A stretch of 64,000 bases of DNA, taken from an uncultured candidate division Zixibacteria bacterium (GTDB lineage Bacteria > Zixibacteria > MSB-5A5 > RBG-16-43-9). Below, one piece after another: positions 59,229 through 64,000 of this stretch. Positions within the stretch are counted from its first letter, which is position 1, and every line of letters starts with the position of its first letter. Position numbers and translations under genes: made by a program. The notes under the pieces were generated by a model. That model searched no databases, was not told the origin of the DNA, and worked only from the letters and a program-made list of their open reading frames with translations. The stretch lies in assembly GCA_963713865.1 (NCBI GenBank), contig OY970208.1, forward strand, positions 960,001-1,024,000, in the 5' to 3' direction.

Positions 59229-60260
59229 ATGAATAAGAAAAAAGAGATTTTACTCATAGGACTGAGCGTAATTATACTCTCGCTTCTTCATTATATTACC
59301 CCAGTTGATAAACCTCTTCTGCATGACCTGTATAGAAGGCTCTATTATGTTCCGATTATCTTTTCTGCCTTTAGCTTCGGTTTAACAGGAGCTTTAGTCA
59401 CTTCAATGATAGTCAGCCTGGTTTTTTTACCACACGTTTTTCACCGCTGGGGACATATCCACCTTCAGACCTATGATGCCTTGTTTGAGATTATACTTTA
59501 CAATATAGTTGCCTGGGTCTCTGGAACTCTGGTTGAAAAAGAAAGGAAAAGAAGGTTTGAGTTAAAAAGGGTTCAGGAAGAACTTATTCAGGCTAATAAG
59601 TATAAGGTAATAGGAGAGTTAGCGGCTGGCATAGCTCACGAAATCAGAAACCCCCTGGGCTCTATTCAGGGATCTATAGAAATCCTGCGCAAAGATTACA
59701 GGCCAGAGGATTCGAAATATGAATTTTTAAACATATTATTAAAAGAGGTTCAAAGATTAAATAAAGTGATAACCGATTTTTTAAATTATGCTAAACCTGC
59801 TCTACCTAATCTCATAGATATTGAGATCGATCAGCTCATTGGCGAGACAGTTTTAATCCTCTCTCCCCAGGCAGTTAAAAAAGGGGTTAGTTTGAAAACA
59901 GAATGGGGGAAAAATCTCCCCAGAATAAAAGCGGATCCTTCCCAGTTAAAGCAGGCTTTTATCAATTTAATCTTGAATTCATTGGAGTCAATAGAAGATA
60001 AAGGGGAGATTACGATATCTGCTCATCAGGATAAAAACGGGCTAAAGATAGTTTTTCAGGACAATGGCAAAGGTATGTCTGAGGAGACTAAAAATAAAAT
60101 CTTTACTCCTTTTTTTAGCACCAAAGAAGGAGGGATAGGGTTGGGCTTAGGGATTGTGGAAAGAATTATCCAGAACCATAAAGGAGAGATAAGAGTAGAA
60201 AGCAAGTTAGGAAAGGGAGCAACCTTCACCTTAAGCTTTCCGATTACAGGGATACAATGA
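59229..60260 (+). CDS. Membrane histidine kinase
   Basis: His-containing TM sensor region; [18 protein letters not shown] overlap with the response regulator. Confidence 0.9.
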   Translation: MNKKKEILLIGLSVIILSLLHYITPVDKPLLHDLYRRLYYVPIIFSAFSFGLTGALVTSMIVSLVFLPHVFHRWGHIHLQTYDALFEIILYNIVAWVSGTLVEKERKRRFELKRVQEELIQANKYKVIGELAAGIAHEIRNPLGSIQGSIEILRKDYRPEDSKYEFLNILLKEVQRLNKVITDFLNYAKPALPNLIDIEIDQLIGETVLILSPQAVKKGVSLKTEWGKNLPRIKADPSQLKQAFINLILNSLESIEDKGEITISAHQDKNGLKIVFQDNGKGMSEETKNKIFTPFFSTKEGGIGLGLGIVERIIQNHKGEIRVESKLGKGATFTLSFPITGIQ

Positions 60261-61607
60261 AGAAAAGAAAAATAGTAATTGCTGAGGATGATTTAAGCCT
60301 TTCCCGGATTATGGAATATAGTTTAAAAGATGAAGGCTTTGAAGTTAATGTTTTTTCAAATGGGAAAGAAGCGCTATCTTTTCTTCAAGAAAAGAATGTG
60401 GATTTGATCATCTCTGATTTAACCATGCCAGAGATGGGCGGGATGGAACTCTTAAAAGAGGTTCAGAAGATTAAGCTCGAGAGTCCTTTCATTATAATCA
60501 CCGCCTTTGGAACAATCAATAGTGCAGTGGAAGCTATGAAAGCAGGTGCATACGATTATATCACCAAACCTTTTAGCCAGGAAGAGTTGGTCTTAGTTGT
60601 TAAAAAGGCTCTGGAGCTCAAATCGCTTAAAGAGGAGAATATTAATTTAAAGAGTCAGTTAGTTGAAAAATATAAATTCGAGAATTTCGTTGGTAAAAGC
60701 CCAAAGATGGAGAAAGTTTTTGAGCTTATCTCCAGAGTAGCTGGCACAACTTCTAATATACTTATCTTAGGTGAAAGCGGAACTGGAAAGGAATTAGTTG
60801 CTAAGGCAATTCATTATCATAGCCCCAGAAAGGAAGGTCCTTTTGTAGCAGTCCAGTGTGCAGCTATCCCTTCTGCCCTTTTAGAAAGTGAGCTTTTCGG
60901 GCATGTAAAAGGTTCTTTTACTGGAGCGATTAAAGACCGGGAAGGGAAATTCGAACTGGCAGATGAGGGGACCTTGTTTCTGGATGAGATCGCAGAGATG
61001 TCTCCGGAGATGCAGGCGAAACTTTTAAGGGCTATTCAGGAAAGGGAGATAGAAAGAGTGGGCGGAAGCTCGCCTGTAAAAATTGACGTGCGGATCATTG
61101 CGGCTACTAACCAGGATTTGGAAAGATTAGTAAAGGAGAAGAAATTCAGAGAAGACCTTTATTACCGGCTGAACGTCATCTCGATTACTCTTCCTCCCTT
61201 AAGGGAAAGGAAAGAGGATATCCCGATTTTGATCGAGCATTTTCTTAAGAAATTCGGGGACAAGGATTGCTCAATTGAGGATGAGGCTATGAAAGTTTTG
61301 ATGAGCTACTCCTGGCACGGGAATGTGAGGGAATTGGAGAATACTATTGAAAGAGCTTTAGTTTTAAAGAAGGACAATATAATAAAGAAAGAGAACCTGC
61401 CGGAAAGGTTATGGAAAGGGGAGGAAAGGGTTGGAAGGGTGGTTATGGATTTGCCAGAGGAAGGAATTGACTTAGAAGAAGTGGAAAAAGAGCTTATTAA
61501 AATCGCCTTGGAAAAAGCAAAAGGAAACCAGAACCCAGGCAGCGAAATATCTCGGTATCTCCAAACCGACTTTGTTATACAGGATGGAGAAGTATAAGTT
61601 GGGATAG
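60257..61607 (+). CDS. NtrC-family sigma54 response regulator (1-nt frameshift at 61528-61534 in the HTH)
   Basis: Receiver domain, [14 protein letters not shown]; removing one A gives [27 protein letters not shown]. Confidence 0.9.
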
Positions 61608-61682
61608 TTTGTAACGGATGGCTTCAGCCTTCCATTTTGTTTTCAAAGAATGGAGACCTGAAGGTTACCGCCACATTTGTTA

Positions 61683-64000
61683 TTAGGAACAGGGTGGTGG
61701 TCCGCCTCTGAAAAGATAGTTGATTAAATATACTACGTCTGAAACAGTTACTTTGCCATCACAATTGACATCTCCTGCTTCTAAAGGATTTAGAGTTGGG
61801 CCGCCCTTGAAAAGATAGTTGATTAGATAAACTACGTCTGAAACACTCAGGTTTCCATCCCTATTAGCATCACCAACACTATATCCGAATCTTAGTGTTT
61901 TCTCAAGGAAACTAGCTATGTTACCAGAGGCATCGACAGATGAAACGAGGTAGTAATAAGTGCCAATCGTAAGGCTATCTATAGAGACGTTGTGAGAAAT
62001 CACATGAACTGTGTCCGCAACTGATTTATAGAGGCTATCCTTGACTGACCTATATAGAACTTTGCTGGTTGCAGGAAGATTGGTGCTCCAACTTACAATG
62101 GCAGAATCTCCAGAGGTCCGAGATGAAACTTGACTAATAGTAACCATGCTGCTATCGAGATTTGCCTGTGCAATAGAATCTGGCTTAACTTGGCTCTCAA
62201 AAATGCTGTCTCCGTTCAGATCGTTCAGCATAGTCCAATTGTTATTTATATCTAAATTGACACGATGGAGAGCACCTTTCTTCGTAGGTTTATCGAAATA
62301 ACTTACGTTATAAGCCCTTCCATCCGCTTTATTAGGATACAGCATGTTCAATTCAAAGACACTATCAACCAACCCTTTTACGTCGATAGTATAACCTCCA
62401 ACTAGATCGGGATCAGGTAGATATACTAACTGTTGATTAACATCGTTAAATTTATAGAATTCGGAACCAGGAATTTGGGTGTCAATTCCACCCTTGCTGT
62501 TGATTCCCGTATGCCTGCCTTGAGAATCATATACATGCAAGTTAGCTGGAGAACCTAAACCAATCGTAAGGCCATCCAGACTTACATGCCAATCTGTGAA
62601 GCTGCAAATTCTACAAGAAAAGGGGACGTTCTTGCACAATTTCCAGATACAATACTCGGAGCTTCCTGCAACAGAGAAACATTCGTTAGAACCAAAATGA
62701 AACATATTGTTCGATTGAGCTAAATGCCATCCATCAATGTGAAAATCACTAATAAATGTACCGTCTATGTCCATCCCCGTCGGCCTAAAAGCGAACTGGC
62801 CCTGAGCATTAAGTATGTGGAAGGCGTCTAGATCACAAGATGAATTGAACCCTTGGTCATCTACACGTAAAACTGCATCAGTGGCTAAGAAATCAACCCC
62901 AAGGGCTTTATAATCTTCCTTGATTTTCGCTGAAAATTCAAATGGTTCAAAGGTAACGAGTAAATCAACGGCAAAAGCGAGGCCGTCGAAATATGGGTCC
63001 CCCAGAGTAGCGCCTGCGTAGTATTTTCTATCCTTAAAATCAAGGTACAAATACCCAGTTGCTAAGTCAACATTAAATATGTTGCCTAATTTCAAACCTG
63101 TCCAGATCTGTAAATCTATTCTATTGTGAGTAGGGAAATCAATATCCATTACTGCATCAGCGCAAGTAAAATTAATATACTTGGCTAGGGTAAGGTCCAA
63201 GGTAGCATGCCCGTGAGCTTTAAAAATAGGATTTTGAAACTCATCGATCAAAGCGAAACTAGTACCTTCATCCCAGACCCCGTCTTGATCTTCATCCTCG
63301 AATGGCTCGCCTAAGTCATATCGTCCATTGCAGTTTAGGTCAGTATATGACTCTTCTCCTTTTATGGTCAAACCTAAATCGGCCAGCACTAAAGGTACCC
63401 GTTTTCCTGTCTGATCAGAGTAGATTAGCTCATACGTATTAATGCCCACTTTCTTTATACTTCGCCAGTCAATTTTACCCTTTATTAAATCCTCGTTTGC
63501 TTTATGCGTTGAATCCTGTTCGACCGCTAAAAGAGGCAATGGTAGTCCAATTGGAATGTCCTTTACTACATTCACTCTAAGATGCGCCGGGTCTATGTCT
63601 ATCATTCCCTGAGATGGTATTCCCGGTGGAGCAATTAAACCGGTCAGATCAAGACCATACGCCCCACCACTTTCTGTAAATTCAAATGCACCATCTGTAA
63701 GTCCGATTCTGAAAATCCCTGTGTTTAAGAAAACTCCTATAGTGACCCTGCCGTTCAGACAAGATAATTCTGTAAAAGGTAGAGGGCTTATCAGGTTAAT
63801 CTCGGCATCTATACCAAAAAACGGGCATCCTTCTAAGTCCCATTGTCCCTCATTAAGTCCTATCGAACCAGCGCCAAAGTAATTGTCATCAAATTTGACT
63901 GTACCTAAGAGTCTGTGACTGTTGACTTGAAGCGTATATGTACCTGAGAATGAGTTTTGAAATATGGCATCCTTGTGGTAGTGTACAGCTCCTTCAAACC
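61683..64000 (-). CDS. Large secreted beta-rich protein with FN3-like and dockerin-like C-terminus, 5' truncated by the window
   Basis: Frame has no stop up to the window edge; D.N.NG.YD.GEPF.D EF-hand-like repeat; SPANLHVYD; GDANRDG/GDVNCDG repeats. Confidence 0.8.
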   Translation of the reverse strand, partial: FEGAVHYHKDAIFQNSFSGTYTLQVNSHRLLGTVKFDDNYFGAGSIGLNEGQWDLEGCPFFGIDAEINLISPLPFTELSCLNGRVTIGVFLNTGIFRIGLTDGAFEFTESGGAYGLDLTGLIAPPGIPSQGMIDIDPAHLRVNVVKDIPIGLPLPLLAVEQDSTHKANEDLIKGKIDWRSIKKVGINTYELIYSDQTGKRVPLVLADLGLTIKGEESYTDLNCNGRYDLGEPFEDEDQDGVWDEGTSFALIDEFQNPIFKAHGHATLDLTLAKYINFTCADAVMDIDFPTHNRIDLQIWTGLKLGNIFNVDLATGYLYLDFKDRKYYAGATLGDPYFDGLAFAVDLLVTFEPFEFSAKIKEDYKALGVDFLATDAVLRVDDQGFNSSCDLDAFHILNAQGQFAFRPTGMDIDGTFISDFHIDGWHLAQSNNMFHFGSNECFSVAGSSEYCIWKLCKNVPFSCRICSFTDWHVSLDGLTIGLGSPANLHVYDSQGRHTGINSKGGIDTQIPGSEFYKFNDVNQQLVYLPDPDLVGGYTIDVKGLVDSVFELNMLYPNKADGRAYNVSYFDKPTKKGALHRVNLDINNNWTMLNDLNGDSIFESQVKPDSIAQANLDSSMVTISQVSSRTSGDSAIVSWSTNLPATSKVLYRSVKDSLYKSVADTVHVISHNVSIDSLTIGTYYYLVSSVDASGNIASFLEKTLRFGYSVGDANRDGNLSVSDVVYLINYLFKGGPTLNPLEAGDVNCDGKVTVSDVVYLINYLFRGGPPPCS

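Noticed and set aside
14632-61534. Programmed ribosomal frameshifting or mass pseudogenisation
   Set aside because: The shared motif occurs in both orientations relative to the genes and the ORFs are otherwise intact (apart from one TAG in the methyltransferase), which points to a DNA-level read artefact.

Overview
AT-rich bacterial chromosomal segment. Six secreted proteins ending in paired GDxNxDG..SD.VYLINYLFKGGP dockerin-like repeats suggest a Candidatus Zixibacteria-like lineage (inference). Housekeeping genes (ppiC-like, surA, S4 protein, suhB, lepA, lepB, hemW, uvrA, tRNA-Lys) are interleaved with many signalling genes: three sigma54 activators, three histidine kinases, two Ser/Thr kinases and a GAF-PP2C phosphatase. 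The most notable locus is 2350-10607. A small secreted protein overlaps the start of a TPR-sigma54 activator. Downstream lie palindromic enhancer-like sites, a -24/-12-like promoter, three paralogous secreted proteins and a dockerin-bearing metalloprotease. This is a candidate peptide-sensing sigma54 circuit. Other points of interest are an acs-ACP-kbl cluster, a FadL porin with a catalytically altered esterase-fold lipoprotein, a dsrC/dsrM/dsrK-like module beside a cysteine desulfurase, an IS relic carrying a P63C gene, and nested REP-like elements. Five of seven apparent frameshifts fall at one motif (CCAGAC read as CCAGAAC), most likely a sequencing artefact marking a DNA methylation motif. 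GC statements are visual impressions, not computed values.
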